Shown here in pieces: positions 12,971-26,479 of a stretch of 64,000 nucleotides of DNA. The position numbers and the translations under genes are program-made. Source of the DNA: Octopus vulgaris (lineage: Eukaryota); contig OX597822.1 of assembly GCA_951406725.2 (NCBI GenBank), positions 79,732,001 through 79,796,000 on the forward strand, given 5' to 3'. The notes below the pieces were generated by a model. It saw only the letters and a program-made list of their open reading frames with translations. It searched no databases and had not been told where the DNA came from. The first letter of the stretch is position 1; the number at the start of each line of letters is the position of its first letter.

Positions 12971-13436
12971 GCAGCAGTGGCGGTGCCAACGATGGCAATA
13001 ACAACATCAGCAACAACTACCACAATGGTAACACCGTAGCTGACAGCATGTGGATAAAACCCCATAATTAGGGAATGGAGAAGGTAAAATCCAGGCTACA
13101 TATGTTTCATAGCTAGCAAAATCTCGGAAGTAGTAATTACTCAAAGCAAAGGTAATCCGCTAGCTACTCGTCGGGCCCAAGATACCTTAGTCAAATGAAG
13201 GTTACTTTGTCGTCAGGGGGCCCCATATTAACTCGTAAATTTGATGGTAAATGTGTGGAAAGTACAAAGTCGGAGAAGGAAAGGGAAAACGTATTTGAAG
13301 AAATGATATGTGGGAGTAGTAAAAGTGGGAGTGTGTAAAAATCTGATTTGTTAAAGGAAAGAATATATATATATGTATGTGGGTGTGTCTGTGTATGTGT
13401 GTGTGTGTACAATGTTTCTGCGCAAACATACACACA

Positions 13437-13540
13437 CGCGCGCGCGCGCGCGCTTAAATATATTGTCACACCTCAACTTCATTATTCAGTTCGACATCGT
13501 AACTTCTGAATAGATTGGTCACACGAGAAAAAAGGTAAGA
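13437..13540 (+). promoter_or_regulatory. Candidate Pol II core promoter and short first exon (also at ~34909-35010 and ~47724-47827)
   Basis: (CG)n run, TATA-like TAAATATA at 13455-13462, initiator-like TCAGTT at 13486-13491 about 30 nt downstream, and donor AAG|GTAAGA at 13534/13535. Motif geometry only; no expression data. Confidence 0.4.
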
Positions 13541-14398
13541 CTGTAATACTTCTCAAATTTTTATACTTAATTCGTTGTTTTAAGAAATCATTGAAGACTA
13601 GCGGGACCCGTGAATATTTCACAGTAATAATGGTAAACCCATTGCGTTATTTCTGAAAAGTTTATCCAAAGAACCTGAAAGCATAGCCTGTGTTGTGTCT
13701 GTATGGAAAGATAGTTGCTCATCTGCCACTCTTTGAAATGTGTAAGAAATTGGAATACGATGATTACTTAATGCACTCTAAGTACTTTATGCACAATTTT
13801 ATAGACTTGATACACAGAACTCAGAGAATAAATATTCATTCTTATATTTCCATTTTCTCTATAAGCAAAAACAAAAAAACATGTATCTCTCACATGTGAT
13901 GGAGCGTTTAGATAAATTGCTCATTTGTGCCACGTGAATGAACTTGAATATTTCAACGAATTGCACTTAAACACATACGTTTTGCAATAGGTAATACAAA
14001 AAGCTTAGTTCAATATAAAAAGAAAACACACTTCATTATCTATGAACTCTCTCTTTCTTTATCTCGTCCTCTGTTCTTTCTCCGCCTTTTTCTTTGATCA
14101 CCTGAAAGCTCTACCGACAGGAAGCAGAATTACTACAATACTTTTCGGATGCCAAATGTAGACAGAATTACTTTTCGTAGGTATCGTCGTAGTATACAGT
14201 GATAAGAAGGCTAAACTTGCTGTACTTAGTTTAGATGACAATCTTTTGCTTTAAGAGACGTATCCAAACTTTCCATCAGCTAACTCTTCAATTTCAGTAA
14301 CATACAAGAGACGGATTTGACGATTTGTCTTCCATTTTAACTTCTTTGTTTAACTGACCTACCGAACTTGAAGGGCCGCAGATACCTTAATTTCCATA

Positions 14399-14400
14399 CT

Positions 14401-14436
<36 letters not shown>

Positions 14437-14720
14437 GGAGCAGCCGTAGTAGTAGTAGCAGTAGCAGCAATAGTAGTAGTAGTAGTGACGGCGGTAGCGG
14501 TAGAAGCAGTGTTGGAAGTGGTTGTCGTATTGGTGGTAGCGATGATGGAGATTATCCTGTGGTGGTTGTGGTTGTGGTGGAGCTGGTGGTGGTGTTGGTT
14601 GCGGTGAATGTGGTGGTGGTCAAGGTGATGGTCGTAGTACTGGTCGAAGTAGTAGTAGTAATCGTAGCATTGGTGATGGCATTTGTGATGGTGGTTTTGA
14701 TGGTAGTGGTAGTAGTATAG
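14399..14720. repeat. (GTA)n/(GTG)n low-complexity tract (also 36300-36620 and 48685-49020)
   Basis: Read directly from the sequence. Confidence 0.9.
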
Positions 14721-15415
14721 ACGTAGCTAAGCTCTGATCGAGATCTCTGCAGTAAAAGTTGCCAAATCGGTGACAGTCCGTCCTTTGTATTCGATCCTAG
14801 TATACCAAGGTTTACAATATATTCAATGTGCCCCACCTTGTTTAAAGTGTTAGGGTGTGAGATGAGGGGGTGTTTTGTCTATTATTCCTTGCATACAACA
14901 AGGGAAAGAATCGAGATACAAAAGTTTGTTTGGCTTTACACATACATAGGAACATAACTAGATGTTCACAAACATAAACGGTGAGAATGGAGGCGTGCGA
15001 AGAAAGGAAAGATTAAAACTAGAAAAGCATTAAAACGTCTCATGTCAAATAATCGAGCGTCGAATCAACGGCACCAAACAGGCGGCGCCAAAACGGCTGT
15101 GCCAAAGTGTCTTATGCCCGTTATGCACATCTTAATGTTAGGAAAACAAGATGCTACGAAAAATTCTTTTCATGTCAAAAGGAAAAACTAATGGAAGAGT
15201 CAACGTAATCTTATATAGTTTACTTGTTTTACTCATTGGACCGCGACCATGATTGCCTTTAAATGTTTAATGAACCAAATAGATCCTGGCAGTATTCTAT
15301 CGAACTCTTTCTGCCGGACCAAAAGGTTACGTAGACGTAAATGTAAACAAACCAGCACCAATTGTCCAGTTGTGGTGGGGAGACAAACATTGTGCAAGTG
15401 CAAAGAGTCATATAC

Positions 15416-15482
<67 letters not shown>

Positions 15483-16455
15483 TTGAGTTGTGGGGTATCG
15501 CACGAGTGGGATTATATAAGAAAAAAGGTTTGAAAATGCAATTTAAACGATGTTTATTTACTTAACCGGTTTCACTCTTTGGTAAAAGATTGTCAAAAGT
15601 TACATTTAAGGAAACATTGAATAATATGGGTTCAAAAAAAGTTTTTTACATAATTGTCACATTGAATATTATGCATTCAAAAAAGTTTTTTACATAATTG
15701 TCACATTGGATATTATGGGTTCAAAAAAGTTTTTTACATAATTGTCACATTGAATATTATGCATTCAAAAAAGTTTTTTACATAATTGTCACATTGGATA
15801 TTATGAATTCAAAAATGTTTTTTTATACATAATTGTCACATTACATGTATAAATATAGTGTTTGGTAACAGAGAAGTCCAATAGTGTGATGAGACTATTT
15901 GGGAAAATTTGGCAGAAAAGGATAAAACAAATATATTATTGGGAATTGGTTGCGTTAATTATTGGTTGTCGCAAATTGTCACATTACATGTATATATATA
16001 CAATCTTTGGTATATATATACAGCGTTTTGACAGCAAAAATTAAAATGGATTCTTTGTACATCTCAGAATATTTTAAGTATGTTTTTACTGACCTGTCAG
16101 TATTAGCAGAAAGGCTGAACTGAGAGAACAGAAGAAGTAGCCAATGTGTTGTATACTTCCCCTTTATGCATGAATGATTTTTGGGTTATCAGGAGGTTAG
16201 TATGCGGGTGTGAATAGATGTGTCCGTGCCTGCTGGTCAGACAGCGTCTGTTTGTCACACACATATATATACACACAAACACACACACACACAACAACAC
16301 ACACACACACACACATAGTATACAAACACACACCACATACAAACAACACACACACACACAGAACACACACACCCACACACAACGCACCCACATATATCAC
16401 ATATACACACAGCACACAAATATAACATGTATCTATATATAACATACACAGATAT

Positions 16456-16510
<55 letters not shown>

Positions 16511-17316
16511 CACACACACACACATACATACATAATATAAATATCACACAAATACACCTAGCATATATATACACACATACAATACACACATACAGCATGT
16601 AAGTAATATACATACACAATATATGCATGCAATATACATACGCAATACATACATATAATATATATATATATAGACAATGCATATACATATATACACATAT
16701 ACATATAAATAGTGTTTACATACACATACATAGATGTACCACATATACACACAACACACATACATACAATGCATACACATACACGTACGCATACATATAA
16801 TATATATATATACACACACACACATAACATACATACACACACAATGCATACATATATATACACGCAATGCATATACATGTATTCATGCACATATAACACA
16901 CCTACAATATACATATATACAGTGCACACATACACACAAATATATACACTTAATTGTACACGTACATATACAATACACATACATACAATATACATATACA
17001 CAATGCGCATGCAAATAATGTACATGTTTATACACACATAAACATGCAAATAAATATACACACACACACATACACACACACACATATATATATACACATA
17101 TATATATATATATATATACACATACATACATACATACATGCACATACATATATTTTTTCACACACATACACCCACATATATATATATAAAAAATTCACCC
17201 CCCCACACACAAATTAGAAACCTATAGCGTACACACTCAAATATATCTCTACATGCCGCACACACACACAAACAAAGTACTAACATATAAACACATACCA
17301 TGCATATACACACACA

Positions 17317-17365
<49 letters not shown>

Positions 17366-17536
17366 CAGATACATATGTAAATACATACACACGTACACAA
17401 TGCTCACACACACACACACACACATACACACACACCCGCACACAGTGCACACACACACACACATATATACACACATGCACACACACACACACATACAACG
17501 CGCGCACACACACATATACACACACACGCACACAGT

Positions 17537-17574
<38 letters not shown>

Positions 17575-17750
17575 ACATACATCACCTACATATATATAAT
17601 GCATGCGTGTGCATGCCACGTATGTGTGCGGTCAATGCCCGCTAGTGTGTCCTATGCGTGCCGATGCGCGCATGTGCCCGCCCGCACGATATGCTGTGAG
17701 CGTGCGCGCGTCCCTGTGTGCTTGCTCTGGATGTGCTTCCAGGGGGTATG

Positions 17751-19237
17751 TTAGAGTATGTTTAGTTGTGGTCTGTATTTTTGAATAAGATTACTTTCCT
17801 TATTTATTCGTGTTTGGTCTGTGGTGTTGTCCGAGCATTGGTATAGTGGGAAGACTAAGAATTTGGGGGACTTATTGTGTGCACAAAGGTCTAAGTGTCC
17901 ACTTAGTGGTATCTGTCTTGTGGAGGGGTCCCTCAGTTGTTGTCGGTGAACTGTCATTCTGTCTCTGAGGGTAAGGCTCGTTTGCCCTATGTAGTCTTCG
18001 TGGCATCCTTCACACCTTATGACGTAGAGTAAATTTTTTGATGCGCACGTGAAGTTATTTTTTATGATGAATGTGTGTCCCGAGTGGAACTTGTACGACG
18101 ATCCCTCAATGAGGTGGATGCAGGTCTTACAGTTGGGGCGACCACATTTTTTGATGGTGGGCGGTGGGTTTGTGTTGTGTAATTTTGCGTTGGTGAGGAG
18201 GTTTTTTAGGGATTTAGGTTGTCTCTTACTTTTTATTATTTTATGAGCTGCCAGTATTTTTTTCAGGCGTGGGTCTTGATTTAGTTGTGGAATGTTGTTG
18301 TATATAATAGTGTAAGCTTCTGCATTCCTTGGGTTGTGTGTTGAGAGATAAGGAGGCTATTGACTGTACTGTGGATGTGTTTGGGTTTTCGAAGGTCTTG
18401 AATGTTGATTGATTTGGCCCGTTCTATTCCGTTGTCTACTAGTGATGCCGGGTAATGTCTTTCGAGAAGAATTGCCCTTAGTTCCCGGAGTCTTCTATTT
18501 CGTGTTGTGTCATTTGAGACAATAGTGCAGATTCTTCTCGCTAGGTTGAAGGGGATATTTGTCTTTGTGTGTTTTGGGTGATTGGAGGTGAATAGAAGGT
18601 ATTGTTTAGAGTCAGTGGGTTTGTAATGGATGTCAGTTTCAATGTTGACGCCTTTTTTAATGATTAGGATGTCAAGAAAAGGGAGTTGGTCCTGACTATA
18701 TTCCATTGTGAATTGAATGTTGTTATTTACACTGTTGATAAGGTTTTTGAAGTCTATAAGTTGGTCGAGTGTGTGGGACCATAGGATGAGGCAATCATCT
18801 AAGTAGCGTTTCCAGTTCTCCAACAGGTATTTGTGGAAAGACTGGCCGTACTTATATTTGGATTTTTCATAGATATGTGATTCCAGGTAGGCCATCACCA
18901 GGTTTGCATAGGTAGGTGCAACTTTCGTACCCATTGCAGTCCCTGAGACCTGTCTGTAAGTGTTGTTGTGGAAATACATGAAGTTGTTTTGCAGAATAAA
19001 TTTGAGGCCCTCAATTATGAATTCTTTTTTAATTCTTTCCGGGATCTCATTGGGATATTTATCCAGCCAGAATTTAATGGCTTCCAGTCCAAATTCATGT
19101 GGGATTGTGGTGTAAAGATTAATAACATCAAAAGAAACGATTAAGGTGTCTTTATCGGCATGTTTGGGGAGATGGTTTAATAGGTCCAGGTCATCTCTTA
19201 CAATACTTGGAATGTGTTTCAGTATTGGCTTTAAGAT
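17751..19237 (-). pseudogene. Penelope-like RT + GIY-YIG, left arm (5'-truncated, one frameshift near 18350)
   Basis: SFDVINLYTTIP, GTAMGTKVAPTYANL, RYLDDC, LPFLDI, then CGRPNCKTC and the GIY-YIG domain. Confidence 0.92.
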
Positions 19238-19238
19238 G

Positions 19239-20725
19239 ATCTTAAAGCCAATACTGAAACACATTCCAAGTATTGTAAGAGATGACCTGGACCTATTAAA
19301 CCATCTCCCCAAACATGCCGATAAAGACACCTTAATCGTTTCTTTTGATGTTATTAATCTTTACACCACAATCCCACATGAATTTGGACTGGAAGCCATT
19401 AAATTCTGGCTTGATAAATATCCCAATGAGATCCCGGAAAGAATTAAAAAAGAATTCATAATTGAGGGCCTCAAATTTATTCTGCAAAACAACTTCATGT
19501 ATTTCCACAACAACACTTACAGACAGGTCTCAGGGACTGCAATGGGTACGAAAGTTGCACCTACCTATGCAAACCTGGTGATGGCCTACCTGGAATCACA
19601 TATCTATGAAAAATCCAAATATAAGTACGGCCAGTCTTTCCACAAATACCTGTTGGAGAACTGGAAACGCTACTTAGATGATTGCCTCATCCTATGGTCC
19701 CACACACTCGACCAACTTATAGACTTCAAAAACCTTATCAACAGTGTAAATAACAACATTCAATTCACAATGGAATATAGTCAGGACCAACTCCTTTTCT
19801 TGACATCCTAATCATTAAAAAAGGCGTCAACATTGAAACTGACATCCATTACAAACCCACTGACTCTAAACAATACCTTCTATTCACCTCCAATCACCCA
19901 AAACACACAAAGACAAATATCCCCTTCAACCTAGCGAGAAGAATCTGCACTATTGTCTCAAATGACACAACACGAAATAGAAGACTCCGGGAACTAAGGG
20001 CAATTCTTCTCGAAAGACATTACCCGGCATCACTAGTAGACAACGGAATAGAACGGGCCAAATCAATCAACATTCAAGACCTTCGAAAACCCAAACACAT
20101 CCACAGTACAGTCAATAGCCTCCCTTATCTCTCAACACACAACCCAAGGAATGCAGAAGCTTACACTATTATATACAACAACATTCCACAACTAAATCAA
20201 GACCCACGCCTGAAAAAAATACTGGCAGCTCATAAAATAATAAAAAGTAAGAGACAACCTAAATCCCTAAAAAACCTCCTCACCAACGCAAAATTACACA
20301 ACACAAACCCACCGCCCACCATCAAAAAATGTGGTCGCCCCAACTGTAAGACCTGCATCCACCTCATTGAGGGATCGTCGTACAAGTTCCACTCGGGACA
20401 CACATTCATCATAAAAAATAACTTCACGTGCGCATCAAAAAATTTACTCTACGTCATAAGGTGTGAAGGATGCCACGAAGACTACATAGGGCAAACGAGC
20501 CTTACCCTCAGAGACAGAATGACAGTTCACCGACAACAACTGAGGGACCCCTCCACAAGACAGATACCACTAAGTGGACACTTAGACCTTTGTGCACACA
20601 ATAAGTCCCCCAAATTCTTAGTCTTCCCACTATACCAATGCTCGGACAACACCACAGACCAAACACGAATAAATAAGGAAAGTAATCTTATTCAAAAATA
20701 CAGACCACAACTAAACATACTCTAA
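19239..20725 (+). pseudogene. Penelope-like RT + GIY-YIG, right arm (5'-truncated, one frameshift near 19795)
   Basis: Same RT motifs as the left arm. The linker CGRPNCKTC is a Cys motif typical of the Neptune clade. It continues NLLYVIRCEGCHEDYIGQT..RMTVHRQQ..E..LIQKYRPQLN to the stop at 20725. Confidence 0.92.
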
Positions 20726-20889
20726 CATACCCCCTGGAAGCACATCCAGAGCAAGCACACAGGGACGCGCGCACGCTCACAGCATATCGTGCGGGCGGGC
20801 ACATGCGCGCATCGGCACGCATAGGACACACTAGCGGGCATTGACCGCACACATACGTGGCATGCACACGCATGCATTATATATATGTA

Positions 20890-20910
20890 GGTGATGTATG
20901 TGTGTGAGTG

Positions 20911-20954
<44 letters not shown>

Positions 20955-20973
20955 GTGTGTGTGTGTGTGTGTG

Positions 20974-21064
<91 letters not shown>

Positions 21065-21090
21065 TGTGTATGTATTTACATATGTATCTG

Positions 21091-21135
<45 letters not shown>

Positions 21136-21315
21136 TGTGTGTGTATATGCATGGTATGTGTGTATATGTTAGTACTTTGTTTGTGTGTGTGTGCGGCATG
21201 TAGAGATATATTTGAGTGTGTACGCTATAGGTTTCTAATTTGTGTGTGGGGGGGTGAATTTTTATATATATATATGTGGGTGTATGTGTGTGAAAAAATA
21301 TATGTATGTGCATGT

Positions 21316-21386
<71 letters not shown>

Positions 21387-21937
21387 TGTGTGTATATTTA
21401 TTTGCATGTTTATGTGTGTATAAACATGTACATTATTTGCATGCGCATTGTGTATATGTATATTGTATGTATGTGTATTGTATATGTACGTGTACAATTA
21501 AGTGTATATATTTGTGTGTATGTGTGCACTGTATATATGTATATTGTAGGTGTGCTATATGTGCATGAATACATGTATATGCATTGCGTGTATATATATG
21601 TATGCATTGTGTGTGTATGTATGTTATGTGTGTGTGTGTGTATATATATATTATATGTATGCGTACGTGTATGTGTATGCATTGTATGTATGTGTGTTGT
21701 GTGTATATGTGGTACATCTATGTATGTGTATGTAAACACTATTTATATGTATATGTGTATATATGTATATGCATTGTCTATATATATATATATTATATGT
21801 ATGTATTGCGTATGTATATTGCATGCATATATTGTGTATGTATATTACTTACATGCTGTATGTGTGTATTGTATGTGTGTATATATATGCTAGGTGTATT
21901 TGTGTGATATTTATATTATGTATGTATGTGTGCGTGT

Positions 21938-21971
<34 letters not shown>

Positions 21972-22190
21972 GTGTGTGTATGTGTGTTATATATCTGTGT
22001 ATGTTATATATAGATACATGTTATATTTGTGTGCTGTGTGTATATGTGATATATGTGGGTGCGTTGTGTGTGGGTGTGTGTGTTCTGTGTGTGTGTGTGT
22101 TGTTTGTATGTGGTGTGTGTTTGTATACTATGTGTGTGTGTGTGTGTTGTTGTGTGTGTGTGTGTTTGTGTGTATATATATGTGTGTGAC
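20890..22190 (+). repeat. Complex (GT)/(TA)/(GTAT) microsatellite block inside the Penelope 3' region (mirror at 16256-17590)
   Basis: Read directly. It is present in both palindrome arms with length differences. Confidence 0.9.
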
Positions 22191-22599
22191 AAACAGACGC
22201 TGTCTGACCAGCAGGCACGGACACATCTATTCACACCCGCATACTAACCTCCTGATAACCCAAAAATCATTCATGCATAAAGGGGAAGTATACACCACAT
22301 TGGCTACTTCTTCTGTTCTCTCAGTTCAGCCTTTCTGCTAATACTGACAGGTCAGTAAAAACATACTTAAAATATTCTGAGATGTACAAAAAATCCATTT
22401 TAATTTTTGCTGTCAAAACGCTGTATATATATACCAAAGATTGTATATATATACATGTAATGTGACAATTTGCGACAACCAATAATTAACGCAACCAATT
22501 CCCAATAATATATTTGTTTTATCCTTTTCTGCCAAATTTTCCCAAATAGTCTCATCACACTATTGAACTTCTCTGTTACCAAACACTATATTTATACAT

Positions 22600-22735
22600 G
22601 TAATGTGACAATTATGTATAAAAAAACATTTTTGAATTCATAATATCCAATGTGACAATTATGTAAAAAACTTTTTTGAATGCATAATATTCAATGTGAC
22701 AATTATGTAAAAAACTTTTTTGAACCCATATTATT
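22600..22735 (+). repeat. 44-bp tandem repeat in the pseudo-LTR (3 units here, 5 in the mirror at 15632-15842)
   Basis: Unit AATGTGACAATTATGTAAAAAACTTTTTTGAA..CATAATAT. Confidence 0.85.
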
Positions 22736-22754
22736 CAATGTTTCCTTAAATGTA

Positions 22755-22795
22755 ACTTTTGACAATCTTTTACCAAAGAGTGAAACCGGTTAAGT
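22755..22795 (+). ncRNA. Minimal hammerhead ribozyme, variant core (mirror copy at 15560-15600 on the minus strand)
   Basis: ACTT-TTGACAA-TCTTT-tacc-AAAGA-GT-GAAAC-CG-GTT-AAGT. Confidence 0.62.
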
Positions 22796-22836
22796 AAATA
22801 AACATCGTTTAAATTGCATTTTCAAACCTTTTTTCT

Positions 22837-22859
<23 letters not shown>

Positions 22860-22870
<11 letters not shown>

Positions 22871-23022
22871 ACGGATTTCTTTCAATTTCCGTCTACTAAA
22901 TGCACTTACAGAGCTTTGGTCGACCCATCGCCATAGCAGATGACATTTGCCCAAGGTGCCGTATTGTGGGAATGAACCCAAAACAACATGGCCTGTAAGC
23001 AAGCTTCTTAACCACACACCCA
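22860..23022 (-). mobile_element. CORE-like SINE 5' half; its 3' half lies at ~15230-15415 and the Penelope palindrome splits the two
   Basis: The element is uninterrupted at 37130-37515 and 49530-49905. It contains the CORE-like CCTTGGGCAAATGTC on the minus strand. Confidence 0.75.
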
Positions 23023-23110
23023 CACAATACTTTTGATACTATTTGCAATTTTACAGCTATTTTGTGGTTCATATGAACCTGTTACTAGACACAAACACGC
23101 ACACTCGTAC

Positions 23111-23144
<34 letters not shown>

Positions 23145-23281
23145 TGCTAGTGTCCTGGGGTGGGGTGAGATTAGTGTGGTAATTAGTAATAGAGAGAAAC
23201 GAAATCAATGTTACAGTTTGAATATATCATTTCAGACATGTCACCCGTCGAGCAGGTACAACTATGTTTTGTACGGGGTAC

Positions 23282-23335
<54 letters not shown>

Positions 23336-25429
23336 GAGAAGGTGTGTGTGCTTGTTTGTATGTGTGTGTATCATAAAAGATTACGTCTGAGATTGAATTG
23401 CTTGTTACATGATCCACTTTTTCAAACAAAGGCAGCATGGTGGAATTCATAATAAATCGGATGGGGTGAATGACCTCCAAGGTTGGGACGGGAGAATATC
23501 CCTTTATTCCTTTATTTTTTTTTATTTGTTTCAGTCATTTGGCTGCACCCATGCTGGAGCACCACATTTAGTCGAACAAATCGGCCCCAGGACTTTGTAA
23601 GCTTAACACTTATTCTATCGATCTCATAGGCCGAATCGCTAAGTTACGCGGGCGTAAACTCACCAACATCGATTGTCAAGCGATGGTGAGGGGACAAACA
23701 CAGATACACAAACACACACACCTCCCCACACATACACACATATGACTGAACCCAGAACCATGTGGTTGGGAAGTTACATACCACACAGACACGCCTGTGC
23801 CTATACAAAAGATAAAAGTTTTATATCGAAGTGAAATGAATGGGTTGGAGGTAAGGGAGACGTGATAAGTTGAAGGTAAGAAAATTGCTGTCTCGCACTT
23901 CAGTCGAATCAAGGTTTATTAATAATAAAAAAAATTATATATGCATGAATTTATAGACAAACACAGAGATAAAATTATATATGCAAACTCAACGAATATT
24001 TTGTATGATTAAAAAATTTCCCAAAATAACGATTCCCATATCAAGTAAATTATATCAAAAGATCTTATAAATTGTCAAAAGATATTATTTATAAAATATA
24101 AACCCTTTAAATTATCTTATAGATTATCAAAAGACATTATTTATAAATTATAAACCCTGAGAAAGTATATGAAAGGATATACAAATGTATACAAATATCA
24201 AATATAAATATTAAAAATTTATAAGACGTGTAATGACAATATAGAATAATATATAAAACGTGTATTTACAATATAAAAAATATCATATTGTATGTAGTGA
24301 GTTTTATGAGTTTAATGGAAAAATGTTATAAACTGAAAAAAAAAAACGTTTATAAGCTATAGAAGCTACACAAATGTATAAGAGGGTATATAAATACATA
24401 GAAGTTTAATAATATAAGATATAAGAAATATAGAAATTTCATAAAAATTTTATAAAAATGAAATAAAAACTTTATAAAAATTTTATAAAATATTTCTTTA
24501 CAGAATGATACAAAAGGTATAAGAGAGATATAAATAAGGATAGATTAAAATAAAATAAAATAAGGATTATTTTATGAACTGTAATATAAATCATATTGGT
24601 ATATCGAATAGAATTCTTAGACATGTTATTATTATTAATACAATATAAAGTTAAAATATATGTTTCAAATATTAACGGAAATGACAAAAAAGTAGCTTTG
24701 GAAACGGATTTATAAAATATTTCTAAAATACATCAAAGACACTGATCTAGGTAGAATAATAACAGATCTTAGGGAGTATACCTTATACTCAGGGGAGGTG
24801 CGATAGTTAGTAATCTACTGTAAAGTTTATACTGACTATGAGGGAAGAGAATCCCAATACTGAAGTGGTCAGTATATAATTTAATTATTGCAGGTATATA
24901 TATCAAAGGGGATAAAGGTTATTAGAAAGCAATGTTGAATAGATTTCGAGATAATAGAGGGTACGCTATGATTGATAAGATATCCCGGAAAACTCATGCT
25001 ACCAAAATGCCACCAAATCCTTATTATTACCTGTTTCCAATGTACTTCAAACTACGGGTAAACTCATTAACACATCATACTCTAAGGTAGTTTTATTTTT
25101 CATTTCCAAAGGTATCTCTACTTTTCATTTCCAAAGGTGTCCTTATTTTTATTATTCCCAAAGGTCTCCTTATTTTTTTATTTCCAAATGTATCTTTATT
25201 TTTATTTTCTTTGATATTTCATACATATGATTTGATTTTATATTGCATTAATAATAATAACATGTCTGAGATTTTTTCGATATACCAGTATGATTTTATA
25301 ATTTATAAAATTTGTATCATTCAGTTAAGAAATATTTTATAACATTTTTATAAAATTATTATAAAATCTCTCTATTTTCTATATTCTGTATTATTAATTT
25401 TTATCTATTTATATACCCTCTTTATATAC

Positions 25430-25745
25430 CCGGTTTTAGATGAGGACGGTTGTGCAAAGAACAAATCTTCACGTTTCTCAACATTATCGGACAAAGCCCG
25501 GAGTATAAGCAACGGCAATCAATCATTTTCATCGGTTTTGTCAAGGCATTCGACAGCGTACACCGGAGTCCGTTGGGGTGCATCGCTCATGACTTCGGCA
25601 TTCCCGAGCGTTTCGTCGACGCTTTGTCTCGAGTCTAGGTGCTGCATTCGAACGGAGACGGGCTACACCGACTGCTTTGCCATTGAGACCGCTGTACGGC
25701 AACGGTGCATTCTATCTCCTCTAATATTTCTTAAGGCGATCGACT
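25430..25745 (+). mobile_element. RTE-clade LINE RT fragment in the left foldback arm (also ~39905-40222 and ~52298-52615)
   Basis: CKEQIFT..IGFVKAFDSVHR..GIPERFV..VRQGCILSPLIF. Confidence 0.85.
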
Positions 25746-26479
25746 TAAACTCATAAAACTCACTGTATAATACAATATTATATTTTTTATGTGTAATTAC
25801 ACATTGTTATGTATATTATTTTATTTTGTAATTACACATGTTTTATAATTTATATTTGATATTTTTATATATTTGTATATCGTTTCATATACTTTATTAG
25901 TGCATATAATTTATAAATGATTTTTATTTTGACAATATATAAGGTCTTTTTATTTAATTTACTGGATACGGGAATTGTTATTTTAGTAAATATTTTAATC
26001 ATACAAAATATTCCGTGTTTATATGCCAAAACAGGCTAGGGTTTGATTACGATCTTCTAAACACTATCCTTAGGAATGAAGTGACAGGTGTACAATTCAT
26101 TACGGCCGTTTCAAACGGCTTCTTTAATTGATTAATGAAAACACATCAATTTTCAAACATAAGGATATAACCATTTAAAAAAATCATATTTACATTAATA
26201 ATGAAATTGATATTATTTACATAGTTTCTTTTGTCATATCTATGGCAGAATGTATTTAGAAAATAATCCATATCACGCCAAGCTTACTATAATATAAAGA
26301 GTAGCAGAGGAAATAGTAGGACTCAGGATAAAAAGAGTGGTGAACTAGTTATTTATATTTCGAAGACTTTATATAGAATTTAGTCTTCAAACATTTAGAA
26401 TAAATTCCATTGAGTGCTGACGACTGTATTCTTATTGATGGTGATAAATCAATTAATGCCAGTCAACGTACAAGACTCT

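Larger units (their letters stand above)
15476..22838. mobile_element. Head-to-head inverted duplication of a 5'-truncated Neptune-type Penelope-like element, forming a 7.3-kb palindrome inserted in the (TA)n of a SINE
   Basis: The symmetry centre is CTTTAAGAT-G-ATCTTAAAG with G at 19238. The arms run 15520-19237 and 19239-22838. The empty site is visible at 37311-37360 and 49711-49750. Confidence 0.95.

Noticed and set aside
14552-14836. Thr-rich mucin-like ORF repeated in each unit
   Set aside because: It derives from the (GTA)/(GTG) low-complexity tract and has no signal peptide or splice support.
19146-19330. Shared N-terminus MSLSACLGRWF.. of the two RT ORFs as a real start
   Set aside because: It is the antisense read-through of the opposite arm across the palindrome centre. 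The element is 5'-truncated at 19238.
24681-25090. Spacer of the foldback read as a protein with recoded or edited stops (MTKK*LWKRIYKIFLKY..); similar case at 26240-27075
   Set aside because: About 7 stops in ~130 codons is close to what AT-rich random sequence gives, and there is no recognisable motif. It would need TBLASTX or HMM support.
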